64,000 nucleotides of DNA from NCBI RefSeq assembly GCF_009914755.1, contig NC_060947.1, one strand, 5' to 3'. The position numbers were made by a program, and so were the translations under genes. How positions within the stretch are numbered: the first letter of the stretch is position 1; each line of letters begins with the position of its first letter. Below are positions 40,141 through 52,900 of this stretch, piece after piece. Source of the stretch: the human T2T-CHM13v2.0 reference genome, Homo sapiens. The notes under the pieces were generated by a model that saw only the letters and a program-made list of their open reading frames with translations, made no database searches and had not been told where the DNA came from.

Positions 40141-40906
40141 AGCAGGGTGGGGAACCCAGCAATGGTACATGCAGATCGGTTCAATGTTGCCAAGCTAGCC
40201 CTGAGTGCAAGACTTTTTGCCCAAAAGAAACTGCAGCTATAGCAGCTCTCATCCCACCCCAGGCATGGGAAGGGAATGAGCACAGTTATAGCACCTACTG
40301 TTGAGGCACTTTTCACAGTTCTGGCTATGGAGGCCGCTACTCTACTCCAGAGCAGGAACTCCAATCTCTGACCCAAGACTAAATGCCTGCTTGGCCACAC
40401 TGCCAGGTTGCCAAAGAATTGCTGACTTCGGATGCACCTGGGTTAAAGGTTGTACCCTGCTCTCAGTCCTGGGTCTGGGAAAATGCGTGAAGCTTTCCCT
40501 GGTTTCTTTCCCTCACAGCATCTCCAAGCCTGTCCCCAGGTTAACTCCAGGACTTGGGAGAAGCAAAGTGTTCTCCATTGGCCTGGTTTGCTTGGATATC
40601 TAATGGAAAAGTGAGTCACAGAGGGTGGATCTCTTCCTCTCTCATGTACTGGGGTTTCACTCACTTTTATCAGCCAAATGCCATCATGGGGGCAGTTTAT
40701 CAGCATTCTCATTTCCAAGATCTGTGGTATTCTTCACAATTCTGATGGATTCCCTTTTTTCTTTCTTGAATTAAAGCTCAGAGTCTATCTTTATACCGTA
40801 TATTGTTATTTCCAGGTGCCTGAGGCATGCTGAAAGCCTCTAATTCACCAATTTGAAAAAAAAAAAGTTTTAGCTCTTATCTTTAGATCTTTAACACATT
40901 TTAAAA

Positions 40907-43871
40907 AACTAATTAATTAATTTTTTCCAAAAGTTATTGGGGTAAGGGTGGTATTTGGTTACGTGAGTAAGTTCTTCACTGCAGATTTGTGAGATTTTTG
41001 TGCATCCATCACCCGAGGAGTATACACTGCACCATATTTGTAGACTTTTACCCCTCACTCTCTTCCCACTTTTCCCCCAAAGTCCCCAAAGTCCATTGTA
41101 TCATTCTTATGCCTTTGTGTCTTCATAGCTTAGCTCCCCCGTATCAGTGAGGACATACAATGTTTGTTTTTTCATTCCTGAGTTACTTCACTTAGAATAA
41201 TAGTCTCCAATCTCATCCACGTCACAGCAAATTCTGTTAATTCATTTCTTTTTATGGCTGCATAGTATTCCATTGTACGTATATACCACAGTTTCTTTAT
41301 CCACTCATTGATTGATGGGCATATGGGTTGTTTCCATGATTTTGCTACTGCGAATTGTGCAATTCTAAACATGTGTGTACAAGTATCTTTTTTGAACAAT
41401 GACTTATTTTCCTCTGGTTAGATACCCAGTAGTGGGATTGCTGGATCAAATAGTAGTTTTCTTTTTGGTTCTTTAAGGAATCTCCACACTGTTTCCATAG
41501 TGTCTGTACTAATTTACATTCCCACCTGTTCACTGTGTCCATGCCAACATCTACTGTTTTTAGATTTTTTTGATTATGGCCATTCTTGCAAGAGTAAGGT
41601 GGTATCACATGGTGGTTTTGATTTGCCTTTCCCTTATCATTAGTGATGTTGAGCATTTTTTCATACATCTGTTGGCTATTTTTATAACTTCTTTTGAGTA
41701 TTGTCTATTCATGTCCTTGGCCCACTTTTTGATGGGATTGTTTGTTTTCTTCTTACTGATTTGTTTGAGTTCGTTGTAAATTCTGGATATTAGTCCTTTG
41801 TCAGATGTATAGATTGGGATTTTCTTTCACTCTGTGGGTTTTCTGTTTACTCTGTTGATTATTTCTTTTGCTGTGAAGAAGCTTTTTAATTTAATCAAGT
41901 CTCATCTATTTATCTCACTACCTGATTTCAAACTATACTATTATGTTATAGTCACTAAAACAGCATGGTAGTGGTATAGAAATAGGCATATGGGCCAATG
42001 GAACAGAATAGAGAACCCAGTAATAAACCCAAATACTTATAGCTAACTGATCTACAACAAAGCAAACAAAAACATAAAGTGGGGAAGGGACACCCTTTTC
42101 AACAAATGGTGCTGGGGTGCTGGGATAATTGGCTAGCCACATGTTGGAGAATGTAACTGGATCGTCATCTATCTCCTTATACAAAAATCAACTCAAGATA
42201 GATTAAGGACTTAAACCTAAAATCTGAAACTATAAAAATTCTAGAAAATAACATTGGAAAAACCCTTGTCGACACTGGCTTAGGCAAAGATTTCATGACC
42301 AAGAACCCAAAAGCAAATGCAATAAAAACAAAGATAAAATAGCTAGGACCTAGGTAAATCAGGGATTTCTTCTTGGTTTGGATCCATTGCAGGTGAGCTA
42401 CCATGATTTTTGGGGGGTGTTAAAGAGCCTTGTTTTGTCACATTACCAGGGCTGGTTTTCTGGTTCCTTCTCATTTGGGTAGGCTCTGTCAGAGGGAAGG
42501 TCTAGGGCTGAAGGTGTTGTTCAGAAGGGGATATTCCCTTGATATAGTAGTCTCCCCGTTTTCCTATGGATGTGGCTTCCTGTGAGCTGAACTGCAGTGA
42601 TTGTTTTCTCTCTTCTGGGTCTAGCCACCCAGCAAGTCTACCGGCTCCAGGCTGGTACTGGGGATTGTCTGCAGAGTCCTGTGATGTGAACTATCTATGT
42701 GTCTCTCAGCCATGGATACCGGTGCCTGTTCCAGTGGAGGTGGTTGGGGAGTGCAATGGACTTTGTGAGGGTTCTTAGCTTTGTTGTAATGCTCTATTTT
42801 TGTGCTGGTTGGCTTCCTGCCAGGAGGTGGCACTTTCCAGAAAGCACCAGCTGTAGTAGTATACAAAGGAACTGGTGGTGGACGGGGCGCTAGAACTCCC
42901 AAGATTATATGCCTGTTGTCTTCTGCTACCAGGGTGGATAGGGAAGGACCATCAAGTGGTGGTGGGGCTAGACGTCTCTGAGCTCAGATTCTCCTTAGGT
43001 GGGTCTTGCTGCAGCTGCTGTGGGAGATGGGGGTGAGATTCACAGGTCATTGGAGTTGTGTACCTAGGAGGATAATAGCTACCTCTGCTGAGTCATGCAG
43101 ATTGTCAGGGAAGTGGGCAAATGCCATCAGTCACAGGCCTCATCCAGCTCCCACGCAAAATGAAGGGCTGGTCTCACTCCCACCGTGCCCCCACAACAGC
43201 CCTGAGTCTGTTTCCAGGTGGAGGGTATGATGGGGTTGAAAATTTGCCCTGGGCTACCCTCCTCCCAGCTGCAAGAGAAAAGGGCTTGGTTCTTCCCCAC
43301 TTATGTAGTCTGAACACCAGATTTGCACCCTCCCCCGAGATCTGGCCAGGAGGCATCTTGCTCTGTTCAAATTATTACAAAGTTCAGCTAAAGATTTCCT
43401 TCTCCCTGTGGAGTTATACCCCCTGCTCCTCTGGTCACCCACCCAACGGATCCCTGTGGTGCCAGGCAGGAATCGCCTGCTAGGAGATGCAGCAAGCTCC
43501 CAGGACCTTTCTGCTCCTTCCTCTACCCCTGTATTTCACTCGGCTCTCTAAATTGGCTCAGCTACAGGTAATGTGGGAAACTTCTCCGGCAAACAAACCT
43601 TCAACTTCTCCAGTGGGGGTGTGTGTGCAGGAGAGAAGGGTCTCCCTTTCCCACTTCTGCAGTTGGGGCACTCACAGTATTTGGGGTGTCTCCCAGGTAC
43701 TGCAGGAGCAGTCTGCTTCCTTCAGAGGGTCTGTGGATCTTGTTGGGATTGCTGGTTTGTTCTAGCAGTCTATCTGTAGCTAAAATTCGCAATGCAAGCT
43801 TCCGCAAGCTGCTCTGTCCAGAGCTGCAATCTAGTCCTGCCTTCCATCTGCTATGATGATCTCTAAGCCTC
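40907..43871 (-). mobile_element. Rearranged L1PB1: 3' end (40907-41915), inverted ORF2 piece (41915-42351), 5'UTR plus ORF1 start (42352-43871)
   Basis: L1PB1 3'UTR 'aagttattggggta...gtaagttctt'; L1PB 5' start (reverse complement gcagatggaaggcaggactagattgcagctc); flanking direct repeat ctttaacacattttaaaa (40889-40906) / ctttaatacattttaaaa (43872-43889). Confidence 0.88.
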
Positions 43872-44865
43872 CTTTAATACATTTTAAAATATTTTTTGTA
43901 TGTGATGTAAAGTAGCAGTCAAATTTATTCTTTTTCATGTGACTATCCAGTTTTCCCAACATCACTTCTTGGAGAAACTGCCTTTTTTCCATTGTGTGGT
44001 CTTGGCATTCTCATCAAACATCATTTGACTCTATACTGAAGGGTTTATTTCTGGGCTCTCTATTCTTTTTCATTGGTCTATATATCTGTCTTTATGCTAT
44101 TACCACACTGTATGTTTTGTTTACTATAGCTTTGTAGTAAATTTGAAACCAGGAAGGGTGAGGTCTCCAAATTTATTCTTCTTTTTCAAGACTGTTTTGG
44201 CTATTTGGGTCATTTGAGATTCCATATAGATTTTAAGTTATTGTTTTTATTGCTGCAAAAAGTACATTGGAATTTTGATAGAGATTGCATTGAGTCTGTA
44301 GATTTCTTTGTGTAGTATGATGGCTAATTTTATGTGTCAACTTGATTAGTCATTGGATGCCCAGATGTTTAGTCAAAGCATTATTCTGGATATGTCTAGG
44401 AGGGTTTTTCTGAATGAAGATTTGAGTCTGTAGACTGAGTAAAGCAGATTGACTTCCCTAATTTGGATAGGCCTCATCCAATCAGTTGAAAGCCTGAATG
44501 GAACAAAAAGGCTGAGTACGAGGGAATTTATCTGACCTGATGGCCTTCAAGCTGGGACATCTGTTTTTTTTTTTTTTTTCCTGCCTTTAGACTCAAACTG
44601 AAACATTGGCTCTTCCTGGGTCTTGAGCCTGTTGGACTCAGACTAGCTACACCATCAGCTTTCTTAATTCTTAGGGCTTTGTACTACCATTGGCTCTCTT
44701 GGGTTTTTAGCTTGGCAACTGCAGATTTGGAGATTTCTAGGCCTCCATAATCACATAAGCCAATTCCACATAATAGTTAAATGTATAAAGGTATGTATTC
44801 TATTGGTTCTGTTTCTCTGGAAAATCCTAACACTGGTAGTATAAACATTTTAACAATATTAAGCC
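43872..44865 (-). mobile_element. Old L1M ORF2 fragment (also 40866-40906); host of the L1PB1 and MLT2 insertions
   Basis: Continuous decayed ORF2 text across both insertions. Confidence 0.75.
44316..44834 (+). mobile_element. Solo ERVL LTR, MLT2B-D type
   Basis: tatgatggctaattttatgtgtcaacttga...tattctattggttctgtttctctggaaaatccta; TSD tgtag/ggtag. Confidence 0.87.
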
Positions 44866-46885
44866 TTCTCTACTATGAACAACTCTATGCTCACAAATTA
44901 GGAAACCTAGAGGAAATGGATAAATTTCTGGAAATATGCAAACTTCCAAAATTGAACCAGGAAGAAATAAAAATCCTGAACAGACCAATAATGAGTGAAA
45001 TTGAGTCAGCAATAAGAATCTCTCAACAAAAAAAGTCTGAGATCACATGAATTCATGGCCAAATGCTACCAAATGTATAAAAAAGAACTAATACCAATCC
45101 TACAGAAAATGTTCCAAAATCAAGGAGGAGGAAATCCTCCTTAACTCATTCTACAAAGCCAGTATCACCCTGATAACAAAGTCAAAGAATGACACGACAA
45201 AAAGGAAAACTACACACCCATATCTTGGATTAACATAGATTTAAAAATTCTCAACAAAATACTAGGAAACCAAATTCAACACCCACATCAAAAAAATAAT
45301 ACACCGTGATCAAGTGGGATTTATTCCAGGGATGCAAGAATGGTTCAACCTATGCATATCAATAAATGTGATTCACCACATAAAGAGAATCAATAACAAA
45401 AAACCATGTTATCATCTCAACAGATGTAGAAAAAGCAGTTGGTAAAATTTAGCATCTCTTTATGACAAAAACCTCCAAAAAACTAGGAATAGAAGGGGTA
45501 TATCTCAAAATAGTAAAAACTATATATGAGAAACCCACAGCCAACATCATACCGAATGGGAAAAAGCTGAAAACATTCCTCTTAAGATGTTGAACAAGAG
45601 AAGGACACCCACTTTCACCATTCCTATTCAACATAATACTGGAAGTCCTAGCCAGAGCAATCAGGGAAGAGAAAGAATAAAATGTATCCAAATTGGAAAA
45701 GAGGAAGTCAAATTTTCTGTTTGTTGATAATACCTATAAAATCCCAAATACTCCTCCAAAGGACTCTTAAATTTAAATTCAGTAAAGTCTAAGGATTCAA
45801 AGTAAGCATACAAAAATCAGTAGCATTTTGATACACCAATAATGATCAAGGCCACAGTAACCAAAAATGGCATTGTAGTGGTATAAAAAAATAGATACGT
45901 CAAACAATGGAACAGAATAGGGAACCTGGATATAAAGCCACATACCTACAACCAACTGATCTTTGACAACATCAACAAAAATAAACCACAGGGCATGACA
46001 CCCTGATATGGTTTGGCACTTTGTCCACACCTGAATGTCATGTTGAATTTTAATTCCCAGTGTTGGGGGAAGGACCTGGTTAAAGGTGATTGGATCATTG
46101 GGGCGGATTTCCCCCTTGCTGTTCTTGTGATAGTGAGTGAGTCCTCACAAGATCTGATGGTTTTAAAGTGTGTGGCACTCCTGTCTTTACTCTCTCTCTC
46201 TCCTGCTCTGCCACGGTAAGATGTGCTTGCTTCCCCTTCACCTTTCCACCATGACTGTAAATTTCCTGAGGCCTCCCAGCTGTGCTTCCTGTGCAGCCTG
46301 TGAAGCTGTGAGTCAACCAAACACCTTTTCTTCATTAATTACCCAGACTCAGATAGTTCTTTATAGCAGTGTAAGACTGGACTAATACACACCCTCTCCA
46401 ATAAATGATGCTGTGAAAACTGGCTAGCCATATGCAAATGAATAAGACTGGATCCCAATCTCTCACCATATACAAAAATTGACTCAAGATGAACTGAAGA
46501 CTTAAATGTAAGACCTCAAACTATCAGAGTCTTAGAAGGAAACCTAGGAAAAACTATTCTGGACTTTGGCCTAGGCAAAGAATTTATGACTAAGACTTCA
46601 AAAGCAAATGCAATAAAAGCATAAAATAGACAAATGGGACTTAAACTAATGAGCTTCTGCACAGCACTAGACACTATCAACAGAGTAAACAGACAACCTA
46701 AAGAATGAGAGAAAATGTTTGCAAACTATGCATCAGACAAAGTTATAATATCTAGAATCTATAAAGAACTTAATTCAACAAGTACAAAACAAATAATGCC
46801 ATTAAAAATGGGCAACGGACATGAACAGACACTTCTTCAAAGAAGACATACATGCAGTCAATTAAGATATGAAAAAATGATCAGA
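44866..46885 (+). mobile_element. L1PB/L1P4-type ORF2 fragment with internal deletions, split by an MSTA LTR
   Basis: [21 protein letters not shown] frame; ORF2 RT-region text; internal jump at about 45850 (gatcaag|gccacagtaacc). Confidence 0.85.
46004..46389 (+). mobile_element. Solo MSTA LTR
   Basis: tgatatggtttgg...ggactaataca, similar to the LTRs at 12963 and 14962; perfect TSD caccc. Confidence 0.93.
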
Positions 46886-46927
46886 TAAAGAAAAAGAAGA
46901 AGAAAAATACCAATATCAGGTCTTTTT

Positions 46928-46967
46928 TCTAATGCTCAAATTCATGCAAGAGAATTTGAGCATTAGA
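46928..46967. repeat. Perfect inverted repeat, 16-bp arms, 8-nt loop
   Basis: tctaatgctcaaattc-atgcaaga-gaatttgagcattaga. Confidence 0.93.
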
Positions 46968-47591
46968 TTCACACACATGATCACACACACGATCAACTGA
47001 GCAAACATTCACAATCTAATTCAATTGTTAAAGCCAGTAATTAGGGAGGATGACAAACCACAGTGATGGCTGGGAAAGCCAGCACACTAAGAGAAAACTG
47101 GAGTAGATCTGGAAGTCAGTAGCTGGTCAGTGGGGGAATATCTGCTCCTATCAGACAGAACCTCCGGGTAGCAATTGTCAAAGCCTGGAGTAGGCTTCAG
47201 AAATCTTACAGGCAGAAATTCTAAAGGTGTCTTGTGCATTGTCAGTTCTTTGCTGTTTTAATGATATTCTACAACTGTGCCCATTATCATTATCTCATCA
47301 ACCTTTTGGCTCAATTTTCTATTGGCTCATTCTTGCTTTCAGGTGGTATCATACCACAGCTGGTTTTATCTCACCTATTACGCATGTTTCTTACTTTAAA
47401 GGAAACCGACTTTACTGTGAGATTAATGCTCAGCCTATTACACATATGTTTATAACTTCGAGGAAAAACAATTTTACTTGGACATAATGCTCATTCAAGT
47501 GCACATATGCTTATCACTTTGAGCAGTAAACAACTTCAGTATGGGCTTTGTAACACTTAACCTGAGTGACTCCATTATGAGATATTAGGAT

Positions 47592-47653
47592 CCTCCCACT
47601 AGTAGTCCCCAGGGTCTACTGTTCCCATCTTTATGTCCATATGAACTCAATGT
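47592..47653 (-). mobile_element. Isolated 60-bp piece of L1PA15/16-type 3'UTR
   Basis: ctagtagtccccagggtctactgttcccatctttatgtccat is the reverse complement of the 3'UTR segment at about 5072-5115. Confidence 0.7.
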
Positions 47654-49967
47654 TGGCTGTTAGGATTCCATAATTATTCAGGACCTCTATAATAGGTACA
47701 ATGTCACAACCTAATATCTTAGACAATGCTGAAGTTATTTCTTCGTTATGGTTCTCACAACCTAACTTCCTAGGTTTGAAGTTGCTTTGAGAGATACTGT
47801 TGTTTCTCATAAGTCAAAGGCAGATAGATGCACCCTCTCCCAAAGACCACTTTCTTTGGGATGGGGTCATGGGATTTGAGGGGTTCTCCTCCATGCTTGT
47901 GTTCAGTCTGAAGCAATGATGATGCTATTGCCAGAAGAAATAACACCAACAAATATTGGTGGGGGGGGGGGGTTCCTATGAATTTTGTCTTGCATTGTTT
48001 TATACAAGAAGTCCTAAACCAAAAAGAAAGAAATAATGAAAATATTTTCAGCCAGGTGGCAATAGTCTTTTTTGATTGAAGCACATTCTCTACTATATAG
48101 CTAAATTCATCCTTTGGAATTTTAATTTTCTGTGACTGACACTGTACTCCTCCCCAAGATTAGAAAGCCAGAGCACATGTCAGTGTGCATGCAACTTTCA
48201 AATATCCTCTTTTTCATTGCTTTCTGAATAGCCTGGCTATTCTCTTCCAGAACGGAGAAAAATGATTCCCTAGAAATGAGACTTCCTCATCTCTATGCGG
48301 CAAAGAGCTCATATTCATTTTCTCAGCCTCTGATAGCTTCAGAAAGGATAGTTATTGTTAGCCTGGACTATTCTTGGAGCCAGAAATGCTGTGGTTGGGG
48401 CATTTCATCAACCAAATCACAGTTGTTCTGCCTTCCCATAAGTGATGCTCTGCCATCCTCACATCCTATTAGATTGCTCGAAGAAATAAAGTTCACTATA
48501 ACTAGATGGTTTCATACAGAATCTTTACTTGTCTATGGCTTTATCTTGTAACAAGTTTTTCTCTTCCAATATGGGGTTGCACAACATACCCAGAGCTGTA
48601 GGCAGTACCACAAAACATCCATGTTATTCATTTATTTGTTTATGTAAGAATTACACTGAAAAAGGCAATATTTGTAAACATTTAAAATTATACTCTTTCA
48701 TTTGCTTTTGTCTTGTGTTCCTTTCCAAGGATTGAAATTTCTCCCATGCAATTTGGATAAAACAGGAAACAGCTTAATTTAACTGCAGTATTCTTGCATT
48801 ATATACATTTATATACATATTTCTATTAAATAGGCTTGCATACACAGTACTATACAGATACTGAAGCTGGAAGTGAAATAGTCTTTCTCCATTTTGATAC
48901 ACCCAGCCTTGCACCCACAAATTAGATATGGTACTAATTATGTCTATTTAACATATTGGGAGAAGAGTTTTGGAGAGGAAGTTCCAATTTAATTTCTTTT
49001 TCCACCAGTGGGAGAGACTCATTCTTGCTTGAATGTCATCAAAATATAAAAAGATGAAAGAAAACAGACAATATAATAAGTAAATCCGAACCCTGCTCAA
49101 AACATGTAGCACAATTAGAGCAAAAAAAAAAAACCTGATTCTTAGGGATATTTGGAGAAATGACTGATGCCAGAGCTAGGGTAGGGTAGACACAAAATGA
49201 GCCTGAAATGTAAAAAAACATATTATGTTTTGTTATACCAAAAGCATAATAGAAATTTTCATTTCATTGGGAGCATGCCACAAAATGCAGTTAACAAATT
49301 GAAAAAAATTCCTGCTGGAAAAATCTGAGACAATATAAGCACCAAAATTACTGAGTAAACCACTGAAAAAATAAGAATTCATGAGTCCACACTGACAGTA
49401 ATAGATAAATATATAAATAAATATGGGGGAAGGGTTTTTCCTTGAAATAGATTGCTGATAAGTATGAAGGAAGTACTGGAGCTAAAAAATAATTATTTAA
49501 CAATAATCATAATAAAGACTAAATTAATAAAATATGATAAGTGGAGGCTGAATCTTGGGGGAAATTATGCATATTCTCCAAGTGACTTCCCACAGACAAC
49601 TTATTAGTTACAAAAAAGTAATATAACCAGTAATTATACATCAAAGAATTTGGGCAGCACCTTGACTGGATGATCAAAAGGCAAGAAAAGGCTGTGGACC
49701 TGTCCCAGATTAAAGAAGCCTAGCGAGATATGACAATTATATGTGCTACCAGGTTCTAGACTGGATTCTCAACTCAAGGAGAAAATGCTGTAAAGGACAC
49801 TACTGGGTCAACTGGCATAGTTGGAATATAAGAGATATGTTAGATAAAAGTATTTTGTCATATTCTTAGGCTCATGATGCACATGGCTCACCCGTGAATG
49901 GTTCAGAAAAATATTATAAAATTATGTGTGTGTGTGAGGAGACAGAGAGCAAAAGGAGTAAAATATT

Positions 49968-52900
49968 TATTTTATTTTTATATTCTTTTTTATCTTCTAA
50001 AAAAAAGGGGATACATGTGCAGAAAATGCAGGTTTGTTACATAGGTAAACATATGCCATGGTGGTTTGCTTCACCTATTGACCCATCCTCTAAGTTCCCT
50101 CCACTCACCCCACACCCCCCCAAGAGGCCCTGGTGTGTGTTTTTCCCCTCTCTGTGTCCATGTGTTCTCAATGTTCAACTCCCACTTATGAGTGAGAATA
50201 TGCAGTATTTGGTTTCCTGTCCCTGTGTTAGTTTGCTGAAGATGATGGCTTCCAGCTTCATCCATGTCCCTGCAAAGGACATGATCTCATTCCTTTTTAT
50301 GGCTGCATAGTATTCCATGGTGTATATGTACAGCATTTTCTTTATCCAGTCTATAATTGATGGGCATTTGGGTTGGTTCCATGTTTTTGCTATTGTAAAT
50401 AGTGCTGCAATAAACATACATGTGCATGTGTCTTTATAGTAGAATGATTTATATTCCTTTGGGTATATACTCAATAATGTGATTGTTGGGTCAAATGGTA
50501 TTTCTGGTTCTAGATCCTTGAGGAATCGCCATACTGTCTTCTACAATGGTTGCAATAATTTACATTCCCACCAGCGGTAAAAAGTGTTCCTATTTCTCCA
50601 CAGCCTCACCAGCATCTATTGTTTCCTGACTTTTTAATAATTGCCATTCTGACTGGCATGAGATGTTATCTCATTTTGGTTTTGATTTGCTCTTCTCTGA
50701 TGATCAGTGATGTTGAGCTTTTTTTCATGTTTGTTGGCCACGTAAATGTCTTCTTTTGAAAAGTGTCTGTTCATATCCTTTGCCCACTTTGTGATGGGGT
50801 TGTTTGCCTTTTTCTTGTAAATATGTTTAAGTTCCTTGCAAATTCTGAATATTAGAACTTTGTCACATGGGTAGATTGCAAAAATTTTCTCTCATTCTGT
50901 AAGTTGCCTGTTCTCTCTGATGATAGTTTCTTTTGCTGTGCAGAAGCTCTTTAACTTTAGTTAACTAGATCCCATTTGTCAATTTTGGCTTTTGTTGGCA
51001 TTGCTTTTGGCATTTTTTTCATAAAGTCTTTGCCCATGCCTAGGTCCTGAATGGTATTGCCTAGGTTTTCTTCTAGGGTTTTTATGGTTTTGGGTTTTAC
51101 ATTTAAGTCTTCAGTCCATCTCGAGTTACTTTTTGTATAAGGTGTAAGGAAGGGGTCCAGTTTCAGTTTTCTGCATATGGCTAGCCAGTTTTCCCAGCAC
51201 CGTTTACTGAATAGGAGATCCTTTACCAATTGCTTGTTATTGCCAGGTTTGTCAAATATCTGATGGTTATAGATTTGTGGTGTTATTTCTGAGGTCTCTG
51301 TTCTGCTCCATTGGTTTATATATTTGCTTTGATACCAGTATCATGCTGTTTTTGTTACTGCAGCCTTGTAGTACAGTTTGAAGTCAGGTAGCCTGATGCC
51401 TCCAGCTTTGTTCTTTTTGCTTAGGATTATCTTGACTATACAGGGTCTTCTTTGATTCCATATGAAATTTAAAATAATTTTTTCTAATTCTGTAAAAACC
51501 GTCAAAGGTAGTTTTATTGGAATAGCATTGAATCTATAACTAACTTTGGGCAGTATGGGCACTTTCACAATATTGATTCTTCCTATCCATGAGGATGGAA
51601 TGTTTTTCCATTTGTTTAAATTTTCTCTTATTTTCTTTAGCAGTGCTTTGTAGGTCTCTTTGAAGAGGTCCTTCACATCCCTTGTTAGCTGTATTCCTAG
51701 GTATTTTATTCTCTTTGTAGCGATTGTGAAAGGCAGTTCATTCATGATTTGGCTCTCTGCTTACCTATTGTTGGTGTCAAGAAATGCTTGTGGTTTTTGC
51801 ACATTGATTTTATGTCCTGAGACTTTGCTGAAGTTGCTTATCAGTTCAAGAAGTTTTTGGGCTGAGATCATGGGAATTTCTAAATATAAAATCATGTTGT
51901 CTGCAAACAGAGACAACTTTACTTCATCTCTTCCATTTTAAATACCTTTATTTCTTTCTCTCCCCTGATTTCTCTGGCCAGTACTTCCAATACTATGTTG
52001 AATAGGAGTGTTGAGAGAGGGCATCCTTGTCTTGTACTGGTTTTCAAAGGGAATACTTCCAGCTTTTGCCCATTCAATATGATATTGGCTGTGGGTTTGT
52101 CATAAATAGCGCTTATTATTTTGAGATATGTTCCATCAATACCCGGTTTATTGAGAGTTTTTAACATGAAAGGATGTTGAATTTTATCAAAGGCCTTTTC
52201 TGCATTTATTGAGATAATCATGTAGTTTTTGTCTTTGATTCTGTTTATGTGATGGATTACATTTATATATTTGCATATGTTGAAACAGCCTTGCATCTCA
52301 GGAATAAAGCTGACTTGATCATGGTGGATAAGTTTTCTGATGTGCTGCTGGATTTGGTTTGCCAGTATTTTATTGAGGATTTTCACATCAATGTTCATCA
52401 GGGATATTGGCCTGAAGTTTTCTTTTTTTGTTTGTCTCTTCCTGGTTTGGGTATCAGGATGATGCTGGCTTCATAAAATGAGTTAGGGAGAAGTCCCTCC
52501 TTTTCAATTGTTTGGAATAGTTTCAGAAGAAATAATACCAACTCCTCTTTGTATTTCTGGTAGAATTCAGCTGTGAATCCATCTGGTTCTGGGCTTTTTT
52601 TTTTTTTTTCCTTTGGTAGGCTACTAATTACTGCCTCAATTTCAGAGCTTGTTATTGGTCTATTCAGGGATTTGACTTCTTTCTGTTTTAGTCTTTGTTA
52701 GGCTGTATGCATTCAGGAATTTATCAATTTCTTCTAGATTTTCTAGTTTTTCCATGTAGAGGTGTTTATAGCATTCTTTGATGGTAGTTTGTATTTCTGT
52801 GGGGTCAGTGGTGATATCTCCTTTATCATTTTTTATTGTGTCTGTTTGATTCTTCTCTGTCTTCTTCTTTATTAGTCTAGCTAGCAGTCTGTCTATTTTG

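Larger units (their letters stand above)
35955..40857 (-). mobile_element. 5' two-thirds of an old primate L1 (L1PA15-16/L1P4-like): 5'UTR, ORF1, ORF2 endonuclease region; 3' part missing
   Basis: Reverse complement parallels the L1 at 1-2230; L1-type start near 40857 (caaattggtgaattagaggc); GC-richer 5' region about 39100-40850. Confidence 0.85.

Noticed and set aside
47961-47972. G12 homopolymer and nearby 9-bp stem (47838-47862)
   Set aside because: Both are short, isolated and compatible with slippage or chance; no supporting context.
49001-49016. CTCF-like motif tccaccagtgggagag
   Set aside because: It mismatches at core positions and is expected by chance in 64 kb.
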